The notes under the pieces: model-generated
Database searches by the model: none
Told to the model about the DNA's origin: nothing
What the model saw: only the letters and a program-made list of their open reading frames with translations
Assembly: GCA_963827235.1 (NCBI GenBank)
Contig: CAWHAE010000009.1
Location: 1-64,000 of the forward strand
DNA from: an uncultured bacterium
GTDB lineage: Bacteria; Chloroflexota; UBA5177; JANWHV01
Direction of reading: 5' to 3'
Length of the DNA: 64,000 bases
Position numbers and translations under genes: made by a program
Part shown: positions 49,417 to 59,792 of the stretch, one piece after another
Layout: every line of letters starts with the position of its first letter
Numbering within the stretch: position 1 is the first letter of the stretch

Positions 49417-49566
49417 ATGCTGGGAAGCGCACCAGACTATACTCAACAGGAACGCAGCGCCGTCCCGCGATCGCCTGCGCCACCTGAATAGCACGCTCCA
49501 TCGCAAGGGGCATACCGGCTCCCCGCCACATCCGAAGTCGGAGAGCCGAGCGCGGAGTCGGAGAAA

Positions 49567-50169
49567 ATGGGAAAGATCACCCGGAGAGTCCTGTGCATCG
49601 GCAGTGCCGTAATACTGAGCCTGTTGACCGCGATCGGTCCGCTACATGCCACACCCTCCAGCATACGCGTGACGATCAGCACGCAGACCCGCACCCGCGA
49701 CCTGGGTACCCGGACTCTGGCTGCCGCTCCGGCCGGCTGGACGATCCCGGCATACAACGACGGCGGCTGGACCCACGCCCGGCAGCTTCCGGCAAACGAG
49801 CAAGCCGCAGTCCGGAAGGCCTTGACCAGCAGCCACGTAGCTTTGCAGCCCGGCATGGCCTTCTACTACGGCGCCATCGTGCATGACAACTATCTCTTTC
49901 GGACGGACTTTGTGCTGCCGAGCGGGTGGACGGCACGCCCGACCACTCTCACCTACCACGGGTTGTGGAGGTCCGGTGCAGGCTACGGCATGGCGCTGTG
50001 GGTCAACGGGCACAAGCTGCGCGACTTGACTTCGGGAGGCATTGTTCACCTGCCGGCCCCTCGCATCGACGGCTACCTGCGTGCCGGCAAGAACGTCATC
50101 GCCTTCTACTGGACAGGATCGGCAACCGTGGCAGGACTCTGGTTCTCGGCGGAGATTCCGGCGCGGTAG
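49567..50169 (+). CDS. Secreted hypothetical protein with a galactose-binding-like beta-sandwich
   Basis: Signal peptide; WTIPAYNDGGW, FRTDF, LWVNG, LRAGKNVIA as in GH2/GH78 sugar-binding domains. Confidence 0.6.
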   Translation: MGKITRRVLCIGSAVILSLLTAIGPLHATPSSIRVTISTQTRTRDLGTRTLAAAPAGWTIPAYNDGGWTHARQLPANEQAAVRKALTSSHVALQPGMAFYYGAIVHDNYLFRTDFVLPSGWTARPTTLTYHGLWRSGAGYGMALWVNGHKLRDLTSGGIVHLPAPRIDGYLRAGKNVIAFYWTGSATVAGLWFSAEIPAR

Positions 50170-50570
50170 CGGGCACATCACGTCGCACTTGCCGGGGACA
50201 TGTGCACGCCGGCAATGTAGAGGATGCTGCCGTCCGTCTGCGAGGGCAGAATAGGCGCGCCAAGGCGGGACAGATGGTCTCATCGCTATCGCAGCCACCG
50301 CTGAGATCGACGACAAAGGGCGCCGGCAGCTCGGTCCAGGAGGCGCCGGGAGAGATGGTGAGGGTGCCCTCGCCGCCTCCCGCCGAGCCGGGTGTTCTCA
50401 TGTGAGCGGTCCCGTTCCGGGCCACCCCTCGGACGCACCGTGCGGTATCCTGGACTGAAGAATTCGGGCCTCTCCGGTATGTCGCCACACGATGTGCCAC
50501 ACGAGTGCGGCGAGTCCGCGCGAATGGTCGACGGGCTGCAGCCGCCTATTTCCAGAAGGGGGAACGGGCT

Positions 50571-51800
50571 TTGGAGACGGCGTCGCAGAACGCGCAGCCC
50601 GGGTCTGCGTGCAAGCCGGTCGAAGGGCGACTCGCAGCCAGGATGTCCCGGCTTGGCACGGAGACCGCATTCGACGTGCTCGCCAAGGCTCAGGCCCTCG
50701 AGCGCCAGGGCCGCCACATCATCCACCTGGAGATAGGAGAGCCGGACTTCGACACTCCCGCCGCGATCGTCGAGGCGGGCGCCCAGGCCCTGCGGAACGG
50801 TTATACGCACTACACGCCAACGCCGGGAATCCTGCCCCTGCGCCAGGCCATAGTGGAGGAGATGGCGCGCAGCCGCGGCCTGCAAGTGGCACCGGAACAG
50901 GTTGTCGTGACGCCGGGCGGCAAGCCGGTGCTCTTCTTCACTCTGCTGGCCCTGGTCGACGAAGGCGACGAGGTTCTCTGTCCGGACCCCGGCTTCCCCA
51001 TCTATGAGTCGATGATCCGCTATTGCGGCGGTACGGTCGTTCCCGTCCCGCTGCCCGAAGAGCGTGGATTCCGGCTCGACCTCGACAGCCTGCGGAAGTC
51101 GGTTACCGCGCGAACGAAGCTGATCATCCTCAATTCTCCCGCCAATCCCACGGGGAGCGTGCTGGAGCAGGACGACCTGCTGCGCATCGCCGCCGTTGCC
51201 CGGGAGCACGACCTGTTCGTGCTGTCCGACGAGATCTACTCCCGGCTGCTCTACGAGGGCGTTCATCACAGCATCGCCGCCATCCCCGGCATGGCAGAGC
51301 GCACCATCGTTCTCGACGGATTCTCCAAGACGTACGCGATGACCGGCTGGCGGCTCGGCTACGGCGTGTTCCCGCCCGCCCTGGCTCCCCACATCGGCAA
51401 GCTGATGACCAACTCGAACTCGTGCACCGCCGCCGCCACGCAGGTGGCAGGCATCGAGGCGCTCACCATGGACCAGCAGCCGGTAGCCGCAATGCTCGAA
51501 GAGTTCCGCAAACGCCGGGACGCGATCGTCGCGGGTCTCAACGCTCTGCCGGGCATACACTGCGGCACGCCCTCGGGCGCCTTCTACGCCTACCCCAACA
51601 TCCGGCAGACTGGGATGCGCTCCGGCGAGCTCGCCGACTTGCTGCTGAACAAGGCAGGCGTGGCCACGCTGGCAGGCACCTCGTTCGGCCCGGCTGGCGA
51701 GGGATACCTGCGCCTCTCGTACGCGAACTCCGTCGAGAACATCCGCGAGGCCGTGTCGCGCATCGATCGTGTGTTGGCCGATGTAGTGGAAAGCCGTTAG
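50571..51800 (+). CDS. Class I/II PLP aminotransferase (aspartate aminotransferase-like)
   Basis: IGEPDF, NSPANPTG, LSDEIY, GFSKTYAMTGWRLG; the start is TTG 50571 or ATG 50643. Confidence 0.92.
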   Translation: METASQNAQPGSACKPVEGRLAARMSRLGTETAFDVLAKAQALERQGRHIIHLEIGEPDFDTPAAIVEAGAQALRNGYTHYTPTPGILPLRQAIVEEMARSRGLQVAPEQVVVTPGGKPVLFFTLLALVDEGDEVLCPDPGFPIYESMIRYCGGTVVPVPLPEERGFRLDLDSLRKSVTARTKLIILNSPANPTGSVLEQDDLLRIAAVAREHDLFVLSDEIYSRLLYEGVHHSIAAIPGMAERTIVLDGFSKTYAMTGWRLGYGVFPPALAPHIGKLMTNSNSCTAAATQVAGIEALTMDQQPVAAMLEEFRKRRDAIVAGLNALPGIHCGTPSGAFYAYPNIRQTGMRSGELADLLLNKAGVATLAGTSFGPAGEGYLRLSYANSVENIREAVSRIDRVLADVVESR

Positions 51801-51802
51801 CC

Positions 51803-52780
51803 GTGCCAAAACCGCGCGTGTTCCTCACTCGAGAGCTGCCGTCCGAGGTCATGAAGGCGTTGCGCGAGCGATGCGAGCTGACCGCCAATATGCTGCCGCG
51901 CGCTCTGACCAAGGACGAGTTGATTACCGCTGCCACCGGGATGGACGGCCTGCTCTGCCTGCTCACCGACAATGTGGATGCCGACGTGCTCGACGTCCAG
52001 CCGCGGCTAAAAGTGGTGAGCAACTACGCCGTGGGCTTCAACAACGTGGACGTGGCGGCAGCCACCGCCAGAGGAATTCCCGTCACCAACACGCCCGGCG
52101 TGCTCACCGAGACGACCGCGGACTTTGCCTGGGCTCTGATGATGGCCGCGGCGCGGCGTGTGGCCGAGGGCGATCGCTTCACGCGGGAAGGGCGGTTCCA
52201 GCAGTGGGGGCCTATGTTGATGCTGGGCTCCGACGTGCACGGCAAGACGCTCGGCCTGGTCGGGGCCGGACGCATCGGCCAGGCAATGGCCCGCCGCGCC
52301 CGCGGTTTCGCCATGCACGTGCTCTACACGGATGTCGTCGAGCCACCGGCCGAGGTCGTCCGCGAGCTGCGGATGGAGCGCGTCTCGCTCGAAGAGCTGT
52401 TGCGCCGATCCGACTTCGTGTCGGTCCACGCGCCGTACAGCGCCGAGACACATCACCTGATCGGTGCGGCACAGCTCCACGCGATGCGACCGGGCGCCTT
52501 CCTGATCAACACGGCCCGAGGGCCGCTCGTCGACGAGCCGGCCCTCGTGGAAGCGCTGCGAAGCCATGATATAGCCGGAGCCGCGCTGGATGTCTACGAG
52601 CACGAACCGCTCCTTTCCCCCGGGCTGGCGGAGCTGGACAACGTCGTGCTGGCTCCCCACGCGGCCAGCGCTTCCCTGGAGACGCGCACGAAGATGGGCA
52701 TGGTGGCCGTAGACAACCTCATGGCCGTCCTGGAGGGCAGGCGGGCACCCTTCACCGTCAATCCCGAGGTATACGGATAG
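51803..52780 (+). CDS. D-glycerate dehydrogenase / glyoxylate reductase
   Basis: NYAVGFNNVD, GLVGAGRIG, INTARG, LDVYEHEP, PHAAS. Confidence 0.92.
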   Translation: MPKPRVFLTRELPSEVMKALRERCELTANMLPRALTKDELITAATGMDGLLCLLTDNVDADVLDVQPRLKVVSNYAVGFNNVDVAAATARGIPVTNTPGVLTETTADFAWALMMAAARRVAEGDRFTREGRFQQWGPMLMLGSDVHGKTLGLVGAGRIGQAMARRARGFAMHVLYTDVVEPPAEVVRELRMERVSLEELLRRSDFVSVHAPYSAETHHLIGAAQLHAMRPGAFLINTARGPLVDEPALVEALRSHDIAGAALDVYEHEPLLSPGLAELDNVVLAPHAASASLETRTKMGMVAVDNLMAVLEGRRAPFTVNPEVYG

Positions 52781-52847
52781 CCGCCGGCAGGCAGAGGCGG
52801 CCTCGCGTGGCCGTGGCGACGGCGGGAGAGACGGGACGGCGATCCGG

Positions 52848-52880
52848 GTCCCCGGGGCCGCAAGGAGCAGCCCCGGGGAC
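52848..52880. terminator. GC hairpin between convergent genes
   Basis: GTCCCCGGGGC-11nt-GCCCCGGGGAC. Confidence 0.5.
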
Positions 52881-52913
52881 AATTCCTCCTAGCCCACGGG
52901 CCGTGCCGGATTT

Positions 52914-53660
52914 CTAAACAGCGGCGGCAATGATCTGGCGGTCGTGGGTCGCTTCAATGCGGTGGCCCGGCGGTACGACAAGGAAATCGTCGTCCCATTC
53001 GCCGGTCAGCAGCCGGCGTACGAGCGTCATGTTCCCCTCGAGCTGCTCAAAACGCCAGCCGTATTTGGCAGCATCCTCCTGCGCCTGAGCGCGGTAGTGG
53101 GCATCCGGCGTCGATCCCATCTCGATGTACGCGGCGCGCTGATAATGCTGATGCCAGGCGCCCATCACCTCCAGCAGGTACTGGGCGTTGTCCTCGCCGT
53201 ACTTGGCTACCAGCGCTTCGTAGTCGTTGTCGATTCCCGTGGCCACGCCCATGGCTACGCGGTTGCCCTGTACGCTGCTGACACTCTGGCGCTCGAGATA
53301 GTCGTCGGAGTAGTAGTACGTGCCGGGCGTGGCGGCAAACTCGGCGTCATAGCGCTCCCGCGAGCCGAGATACACGGTGATGCAGTCGTGCGCGCGCGGT
53401 ACCGCGATGGGCACGCCCCGCGCCTGCAGGCCTTCAAGCGAACGATTGCACAGCCCGAACGCCAGCACGATGGCCTGATATGAGGCCGCGTCGACGGCGT
53501 CGATCTGGCGCTGAAGCTCCTCTCGAAGCAGGCGCGCCGTATTGTGCAGGCCCTGATCCACCAGCACCACGTCGATGATGTGCGGCGAGCTGGCGGCCTG
53601 CCGGTAAACCAAGCGCGCAAATACACTGCAGGAAATCACCTTGATACGCACGGATGCCAT
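52914..53660 (-). CDS. DUF1638 domain protein
   Basis: VISCSVF, GLHN, FGLC, PRAHDCITVYLGS, KYGEDNA. Confidence 0.85.
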   Translation of the reverse strand: MASVRIKVISCSVFARLVYRQAASSPHIIDVVLVDQGLHNTARLLREELQRQIDAVDAASYQAIVLAFGLCNRSLEGLQARGVPIAVPRAHDCITVYLGSRERYDAEFAATPGTYYYSDDYLERQSVSSVQGNRVAMGVATGIDNDYEALVAKYGEDNAQYLLEVMGAWHQHYQRAAYIEMGSTPDAHYRAQAQEDAAKYGWRFEQLEGNMTLVRRLLTGEWDDDFLVVPPGHRIEATHDRQIIAAAV

Positions 53661-53846
53661 TCCCCCACTTCCTGGACAAGTACTGTGATGGAAGATACCA
53701 GTCACGGTGCCGGTTTGGGCTATCTGGCTACCGCGGGAACAGGCTCCCCTATGATGCCTCCGCGGCGATGTCGTTCTGCGCCTGCCACTGGACGGCGATC
53801 CAGGCAACGGCTGCTGCCGCTTTCTCGTCCCGGGCTGCCGGCCGTC

Positions 53847-55871
53847 TCACACTTTCGCGCGATAGAACCAGATCGTGCCGGCTCGCCGTGGGAGCGTGAA
53901 CGTAAAGCCGCCGGACCGCAGCGCGGCTCCCGACAGCTCCCTCGTCTCACCTGTCTCGGCGTCGGTCAGCACGTAGTCGGTATCGGGCCGCGACACGTGC
54001 GGACGGACCGTGAGGCTTTCCTGCGCGCACTCGGTGTGGCGAATACCCTGCAGGAACCCGTCGCCCATCTCCGGCCGGTCAAACTGCCAGGCCACCCACG
54101 CTTCGGCGCTGCGGCCGAAGTCGGTGAGGGGATAGTAGTCGCCGTGTAGCATGGTGCCGGCAGCGCTCCGCCACACCTCCACCATCTTGATCGCCGTGGC
54201 AAAGTCGTACTTCTCGTCGCGGATGTCCATGGTGAGGAACAGCATCGGGCCCAGGCCGCAGTGGAATGAGAAGCTGTCGACCTGGGGATCGAAGCGCGCC
54301 TGCTCGCCCTGCTCGCTCATATCCCAGGAGAGCGTGACCTCCTTGAAATAGGGAATCCATTCAAAGAGGGTGTGGTGGAACGACAGCTTCACCGGATGAT
54401 TGCCATAACCATAGTCGGTATAGTGCAGCGGCACCGAGCGGCGCATGGTCTCGAGGTCGTTTCGCCGTCCGCCAGAGGAGCAAGAATCGATCCAGAGACC
54501 CGGGTTCCGCGCCAGCAGATCGTCCCAGAACTGCAGATACCCCTGCACGTGCAGGTTTTCATGCATGCCCTGGCGCTCTTCGGAGTCGTTGTCTCGCCAG
54601 TGGCGCAGCGGAGGAAAGTTGAAGTCCTGCCGGTAGATCTTGATCCCATTCTCTCGAATCAGCTTGCAGACGTGGTCGGTCAGCCACGAGCGACACTCGG
54701 GAATGCCGAGATTCAGCAGCGCGCTCTTGGCGGCCCAGTCGTCCGAGTCGGCAATCCGCAGCAGCCACTCGGGATGATTGTTGGCCAGCCAGGTGCCGGG
54801 CATCACTCGCTCGGGCTCGAACCACACCAGCAGGTCGATGCCGTTCTCAGTCGCGTGATCGGATATCGGCTTGAAGCCACGCGGGAAGCGCGCGGAGTCC
54901 GGCTCCCACGTCCCCGTGCGCACCCATCTCCTCTCTCCCTGCTCGGTAAAGCAGGGGTACCAGCCGGCGTCGATCCACCAGACGTCCAGGTCAAACCCTT
55001 TGTTCCTGTAGGCATCCATGTAGCGGATCTGGTTCTCCTCCGTGGCCGCGGTGAACTCTTCCCCTTCGTCGGTACCGGCGCCGACGAGCTTGGGCTGAAG
55101 AGGCCTGCCATTCGGCCTGGGCAGCACGTGCTCCAGATACCATCGGCGCCACAGGTTGACCGCCCGCGTACCGTCGGACGTCCAGGACAGCAGCGTCACG
55201 CGCGGAGTGCGTATCTTCTCGCCCGGCAAGAGACGCAGGTGGGTCAGCTCCTGCCCCACCCGCACGTGCACGCCGTCGGCAGTGGCGTCAAAGCCGGCCT
55301 TCCACTGAGCCGGCCAGCCCACGGCCAGCGTCAGTCCGCGGCCCTCGAACTGGACGCGATAGTATGGAAAGGCGCCGTCACAGGGGCGGCCGCCGGTGGG
55401 CGCGAACGACCGGCTTTCGCCGGCCTGCAGAGCATCCCGCTCCGGCAAGTAGCCGTCCTCGCTGTAGAAATCGCCGTTGCAGTGGTAGAGGACGGGCGAG
55501 GAGCCGGCAAACGCGGCGTCGAGCGCGAGCACGTCGCTGATCAAGGGCGTGGGCCCGTTGCCCGTGTTGGACAGCCACGCCGTCCACTCCACCACCGGAT
55601 AGTCCTGGTAGGTCAGACATTCGACGCGCAGCCGCAGGCCGGTCTCGGGATCGGTTCCTTCGTAGATCGTTTCGACGATATTGGCGTCGATGCGACGCCT
55701 CGCGGAGGCGGGAGACCACTGCGGAGGTATGCCCCGGATTGCCTTCTCGCCATAGCGGAAGGAGACGGGCAGGTTTCCGGGGGTCGACAGGATAGGGTCA
55801 CTCCAGGCGCGACAGAGCACCATGTCTTCGGCGATAGTTCCGGGCGACGTGTATTCCGGCTTCACGGCCAC
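53847..55871 (-). CDS. Alpha-galactosidase (GH36)
   Basis: WWIDAGWY, LVWFEPE, YRQDFN, DSCSSGGRRND. Confidence 0.9.
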   Translation of the reverse strand: MAVKPEYTSPGTIAEDMVLCRAWSDPILSTPGNLPVSFRYGEKAIRGIPPQWSPASARRRIDANIVETIYEGTDPETGLRLRVECLTYQDYPVVEWTAWLSNTGNGPTPLISDVLALDAAFAGSSPVLYHCNGDFYSEDGYLPERDALQAGESRSFAPTGGRPCDGAFPYYRVQFEGRGLTLAVGWPAQWKAGFDATADGVHVRVGQELTHLRLLPGEKIRTPRVTLLSWTSDGTRAVNLWRRWYLEHVLPRPNGRPLQPKLVGAGTDEGEEFTAATEENQIRYMDAYRNKGFDLDVWWIDAGWYPCFTEQGERRWVRTGTWEPDSARFPRGFKPISDHATENGIDLLVWFEPERVMPGTWLANNHPEWLLRIADSDDWAAKSALLNLGIPECRSWLTDHVCKLIRENGIKIYRQDFNFPPLRHWRDNDSEERQGMHENLHVQGYLQFWDDLLARNPGLWIDSCSSGGRRNDLETMRRSVPLHYTDYGYGNHPVKLSFHHTLFEWIPYFKEVTLSWDMSEQGEQARFDPQVDSFSFHCGLGPMLFLTMDIRDEKYDFATAIKMVEVWRSAAGTMLHGDYYPLTDFGRSAEAWVAWQFDRPEMGDGFLQGIRHTECAQESLTVRPHVSRPDTDYVLTDAETGETRELSGAALRSGGFTFTLPRRAGTIWFYRAKV

Positions 55872-56025
55872 GTTCCTCCTGATCTACATCCAGGACGTGC
55901 CGGCGCCGGCCTCTGCTTGGCCAATCCCGCGAGCGGCATTGCGCCTGCAGGAATAACATGGCCTGCGCGCTGGCGTGCGGTCGGTCTCGGCCTCACAACG
56001 CGCGCCGAGATCCAGCCTTACCTAT

Positions 56026-56070
56026 TGTAGACTTCCCGCCGGCGCACGTGTAGACTGTATATTGTCTACA
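56026..56070. promoter_or_regulatory. Operator-like palindrome plus an extra half-site upstream of GH36
   Basis: TGTAGAC-N8-GTCTACA at 56049-70 and TGTAGAC at 56026. Confidence 0.55.
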
Positions 56071-56512
56071 GTGCCACCTGAAACTGGAAGGCAAGAGGGC
56101 GCTCGTGGCGCTCACAGTCCGGCGTTTCGTCAGTCCGGTTGGCGATCGGGTCTCGCGCCACCGCGATCCGCGACGATCGCGCCTGGGGAGTTGCACAGCC
56201 GGCAAGCGCGTTGGGGCTGAGCTCTCTATCGAGCCTGGGTGATTCGGCAAGTTCGTGCGACACGTGAAGCCCCGCCGTGGCCGGCGAGGCGCCTCATCTC
56301 CTGGCCTGGATGCCGAAGTCATGTCGCCTAGCCTAACGGCAAACCACACCGGGACCCACGGTGACGACGAGTGCATCGAAGGCGCACACCATGCCCACGA
56401 TTTGTCGTGGGGAGGCTCATGGCCCGCCAGGCGCGGAGTTCACTCCGCCCCCTGCGAGCTCCGTCTTGGCCTGAGTGCAGGTGCATCTCGGCAAGACTTG
56501 CCGGATGCGCCA

Positions 56513-56713
56513 CTACGTCTCGGCCAGCCGCGGTCCCGTGACCTCGCAGCATAGTGCGCCGATGTGATTTCGGCCGCTGTGCTTGGCGCTCTCGGCGGCC
56601 TCGTCGGCTGCTGCTTCGAGAGCCCGCCTGCGCCGAGCGGAACGCCTGGCATCTCGCATCAGGTCTTCGTGCGCGGCGTGTGAAAGGTTGCTGAAAGCAC
56701 TGGGATTGAACAT
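56513..56713 (-). CDS. Small hypothetical protein
   Basis: MFNPSAFSNLSHAAHEDLMRDARR; AAGGACGAGAG upstream. Confidence 0.35.
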   Translation of the reverse strand: MFNPSAFSNLSHAAHEDLMRDARRSARRRRALEAAADEAAESAKHSGRNHIGALCCEVTGPRLAET

Positions 56714-56949
56714 CTACTCTCGTCCTTCGCAGTTGTGGATATGACGGCTGTCGTGCGCCCTCTTGGCCGGTGCACCATCGTTCCCTATTCTGCGCTCGAT
56801 GCCGGATGCATCCCATGTGCGAGGCACGCAGGCGCTAACGTATCCGCTAACGCAATTCGCGCTAGATGTGCGCCCACTGGAACCGCGTTGGCGTGCCAAC
56901 GCATTTGCCTCCACCGAAGCTGTATCCACGTCCGGCAGTGATTGCACCC

Positions 56950-57178
56950 AACGCAGGGTGACGGCGTGAACGTCGCCGCGGCCGGCCCGGTGACCGCCGC
57001 TGTTGCCGAAGTAGCGATGCCTGCCGAAGCGCTCCGGTCCGCCAAGGCGCATCCTCGGCGCCATGACGTGTGGTGGAGCCTCCTTGGGCGGGAAGCCGTA
57101 GGTCTCGCCAGAGCCGGGGCCGGCTCGATCGAAGCGGTGCATCCGCTCCCCGAAGTGCCCGTGTCCGAATCCGTGCAT
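56950..57178 (-). pseudogene. N-terminal remnant of a PadR family regulator
   Basis: GGAGG RBS, Gly/His-rich leader ending RAGRGDVHAVTL (compare RxxRGDVRxAIL), after which similarity is lost. Confidence 0.6.
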
Positions 57179-57228
57179 TGTCTCGTTACCTCCGATGGTT
57201 TGGAATGTCTGATCGAGCGCTCTATAAC

Positions 57229-57251
57229 TATCTCGATATATCGATGATATA
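57229..57251. promoter_or_regulatory. AT-rich palindromic operator upstream of the padR remnant
   Basis: TCGATATATCGA perfect palindrome at 57233-44. Confidence 0.6.
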
Positions 57252-57761
57252 CCTGGACTGCGTCCCGGTCAAGCCCCCACCGGCGCGCATTTTGTAAGCA
57301 TTGTCACCGCGGGCTGCTTTCGCCCGGTTGTGATCCCCAGGCCGCGGTCCGCTATCTCGTTCTCGGCCGGGCAGAGCACCGGAGTCAGAACGACGCGGGA
57401 ACTGGGTGCTCTGCCGTCGCGCATGCCGGCGGCGACCTGCTGCTGATCGCGCCATCGTAGGCACTGCCGCTCAGTCTCCTATCCGTGTGCCATAGCGCGA
57501 CCGCGACAATGAGGAGCCCACCGGCCGCTGCACCGGCGTTGAAACAGAGCCGATTCCGGCGCCGCTACTGACTACCCCGGTGCAGAGCGCCGTGCATGCA
57601 TCGGCCCGACGAGTGCAATTCGCCCGTGGTGGCTGAAACACGGCGCGGGACATGCGGAACCCGCGTAACCCGCGAATTCACGGATGCCGTGCGTTCTCTC
57701 GTCCCCACCACGGTGCCCGCCCATCCGCTATAAGCGCATGGGCGACGGTCTGGCGGTGTCG

Positions 57762-58739
57762 CTACTCGGCGAGCAGGTCGCGCAAGGCGGCGACGACCTG
57801 GGGGCAGTCGGGCACGATGGAGCGCTCCAGGGGCGGGCTGTAGGGCACCACGGTGAAGGTGCCGTTGAGCCGGTGCACGGGCGCATCCAGGTCGTCAAAG
57901 CCGCGGGCCGTCACCTGGGCGGCAATCTCGGCCCCGATGCCGCAGGGGGCATAGGTCTCGTCCACCACCAGCAGCCGGCCCGTCTTGTGCACCGAGGCCA
58001 GGATGCTCTCGATGTCCAGCGGGGCCAGGGTGCGCGGGTCCAGCACCTCCACCGAGACCGCTTCCCGGGCCAGCGCCTCGGCCGCCTGCACGGCCAGCGG
58101 CACCATCGAGCCCACCGCCACCACCGTGGCCTGGCTGCCCGGCCGCACCACCGCCGCCCGGCCGAAGGGGATCAGCTCCTCCTCCTCGGGCACCGGCCCC
58201 TTGCTGTTCAGCAGGGTGCGCGGCTCCATGAACACCACCGGGTCGTCGCAGCGAATGGCCGTCTTGAGCAGGCCCTTGGCGTCCCGGGGCGTGCTGGGCA
58301 CCACCACGCGAAAGCCGGGCAGCTGGGTGAACAGGGGATAGTAGTTGCCGGTGTGATGGGCGCCCGAGGAGTCGCCAATGCCGATGCAGCCCCGCAGCAC
58401 GATGGGCATGGTGAGCCGGCCGTCGCTCATGTACTGCACCTTGGCCGTCTGGTTGACCAGCTCCCCGATGCCGTCCAGGGCAAAGTCGAAGAACATGTAG
58501 TCCACCACCGGCCGGCTGCCCGTCATCGCCGCCCCCGTGCACAGCCCCGTGAAGCCCCGCTCGCTGATCGGCGTGTCGCGCAGCCGCTCGGCGCCATAGA
58601 GCGCGAACAGGCCCAGCGTGGTGCCGAAGTTGCCGCCCCGGCTGCCGATCCCTTCGCCCACCACGAACACCGTGGCATCGCGCGCCATCTCCTCGGCCAG
58701 CCCTTCGCGCGCCGCCGCCGCATAGGTCATCTCTCGCAT
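57762..58739 (-). CDS. 2-oxoacid/acetoin dehydrogenase E1 beta subunit
   Basis: RLRDTPISE, DPVVFME, EVLDPRTLAPLD. Confidence 0.92.
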   Translation of the reverse strand: MREMTYAAAAREGLAEEMARDATVFVVGEGIGSRGGNFGTTLGLFALYGAERLRDTPISERGFTGLCTGAAMTGSRPVVDYMFFDFALDGIGELVNQTAKVQYMSDGRLTMPIVLRGCIGIGDSSGAHHTGNYYPLFTQLPGFRVVVPSTPRDAKGLLKTAIRCDDPVVFMEPRTLLNSKGPVPEEEELIPFGRAAVVRPGSQATVVAVGSMVPLAVQAAEALAREAVSVEVLDPRTLAPLDIESILASVHKTGRLLVVDETYAPCGIGAEIAAQVTARGFDDLDAPVHRLNGTFTVVPYSPPLERSIVPDCPQVVAALRDLLAE

Positions 58740-58761
58740 GGCTCGCACCCCCACCGCCCTC

Positions 58762-59760
58762 TCAGGCCTCGCTATAGACGTGCCGGGTCGCCGTGCCGAC
58801 CTCCGGCCAGGCACTCTGGGTGGCAAAGGTCACCGCCTCGGCCACCTCCGCCTGCACCGCCGCCTCCAGCGCCTCCAGCTCGTCTGCCGTCGCCTGCCCC
58901 TGCTCCAGCAGCCGCGTGCGCAGCCGCTGCACCGGACAGCGCGCCCGCCAGGACGCCACCTCGTCCCGCGTGCGATAGCCCGAGTCGCTCATCCCTTCCG
59001 AGTGCGGCCGCGTGCGGTAGGTCAGGCATTCCAGCAGGCTGGGCCCTTCCCCGGCCCGCGCCCGCGCCACCGCCTCCCCCGCCGCCTGGTAGACCGCCAC
59101 CACGTCGTTGCCGTCCAGCCGCAGCCCCGGCAGCCCGTAGCCGCCGGCCCGCTCGGCCACCACCGGGTTGCCCGACACGCTGGCGAAGGGCACCTCGGTG
59201 GCATACAGGTTGTTCTCGCACACGTACACCACCGGCAGCTTCCAGGCCGCCGCCATGTTCAGCCCTTCGTGGAAGGCGCCGTTGTTGGCCGCCCCGTCGC
59301 CGAAGAAGGCCACGCTCACCAGGTCCGTCTTGCGCAGCTGGAAGGAGTAGGCCGCCCCGGTGGCCATCAGGATGCTCGGCCCCACGATGCCGCTGGTGCC
59401 CAGCACCCCCACCTCGGGCGCGAACAGGTGCATGCTGCCCCCGCGCCCGTGCGAGACCCCGGTCACCTTGCCGAACAGCTCCGCCACCAGGGCCCGCGGC
59501 GCCACCCCTTTGGCCAGGGCATGCCCGTGCCCCCGGTGCGTGCTCAAGATCACGTCATCCGGCCGCAGGTGGGCACACACCCCGCTGGCCACCGCCTCTT
59601 CCCCGATGTAGGTGTGGCAGGCCCCCGGGATCAGCCCCGCCTGGTGCGAGCGCGCCAACTGCTCCTCGCAGCGGCGGATCAGCACCATCTGCCGGTACAG
59701 GGCCAGCAGCCGGTCCTTGTCCACCACCGCCGCCGCCTGCCCCGCCATCTGTGTCACCAT
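58762..59760 (-). CDS. 2-oxoacid/acetoin dehydrogenase E1 alpha subunit (TPP)
   Basis: STHRGHGH, GRGGSMH, FFGDGAAN...CENN. Confidence 0.92.
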   Translation of the reverse strand: MVTQMAGQAAAVVDKDRLLALYRQMVLIRRCEEQLARSHQAGLIPGACHTYIGEEAVASGVCAHLRPDDVILSTHRGHGHALAKGVAPRALVAELFGKVTGVSHGRGGSMHLFAPEVGVLGTSGIVGPSILMATGAAYSFQLRKTDLVSVAFFGDGAANNGAFHEGLNMAAAWKLPVVYVCENNLYATEVPFASVSGNPVVAERAGGYGLPGLRLDGNDVVAVYQAAGEAVARARAGEGPSLLECLTYRTRPHSEGMSDSGYRTRDEVASWRARCPVQRLRTRLLEQGQATADELEALEAAVQAEVAEAVTFATQSAWPEVGTATRHVYSEA

Positions 59761-59792
59761 ACGGCTCGTTCCTTTCCCGTGCCGCGCCGGCC

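Noticed and set aside
51023-51802. Long N-terminal extension of the glyoxylate reductase ORF
   Set aside because: It overlaps the aminotransferase in another frame; the real start is GTG 51803.
56078-56107. LKLEGKRALV, resembling an SDR N-terminus
   Set aside because: Only 10 codons with no start codon or TGxxxGIG; may be chance.
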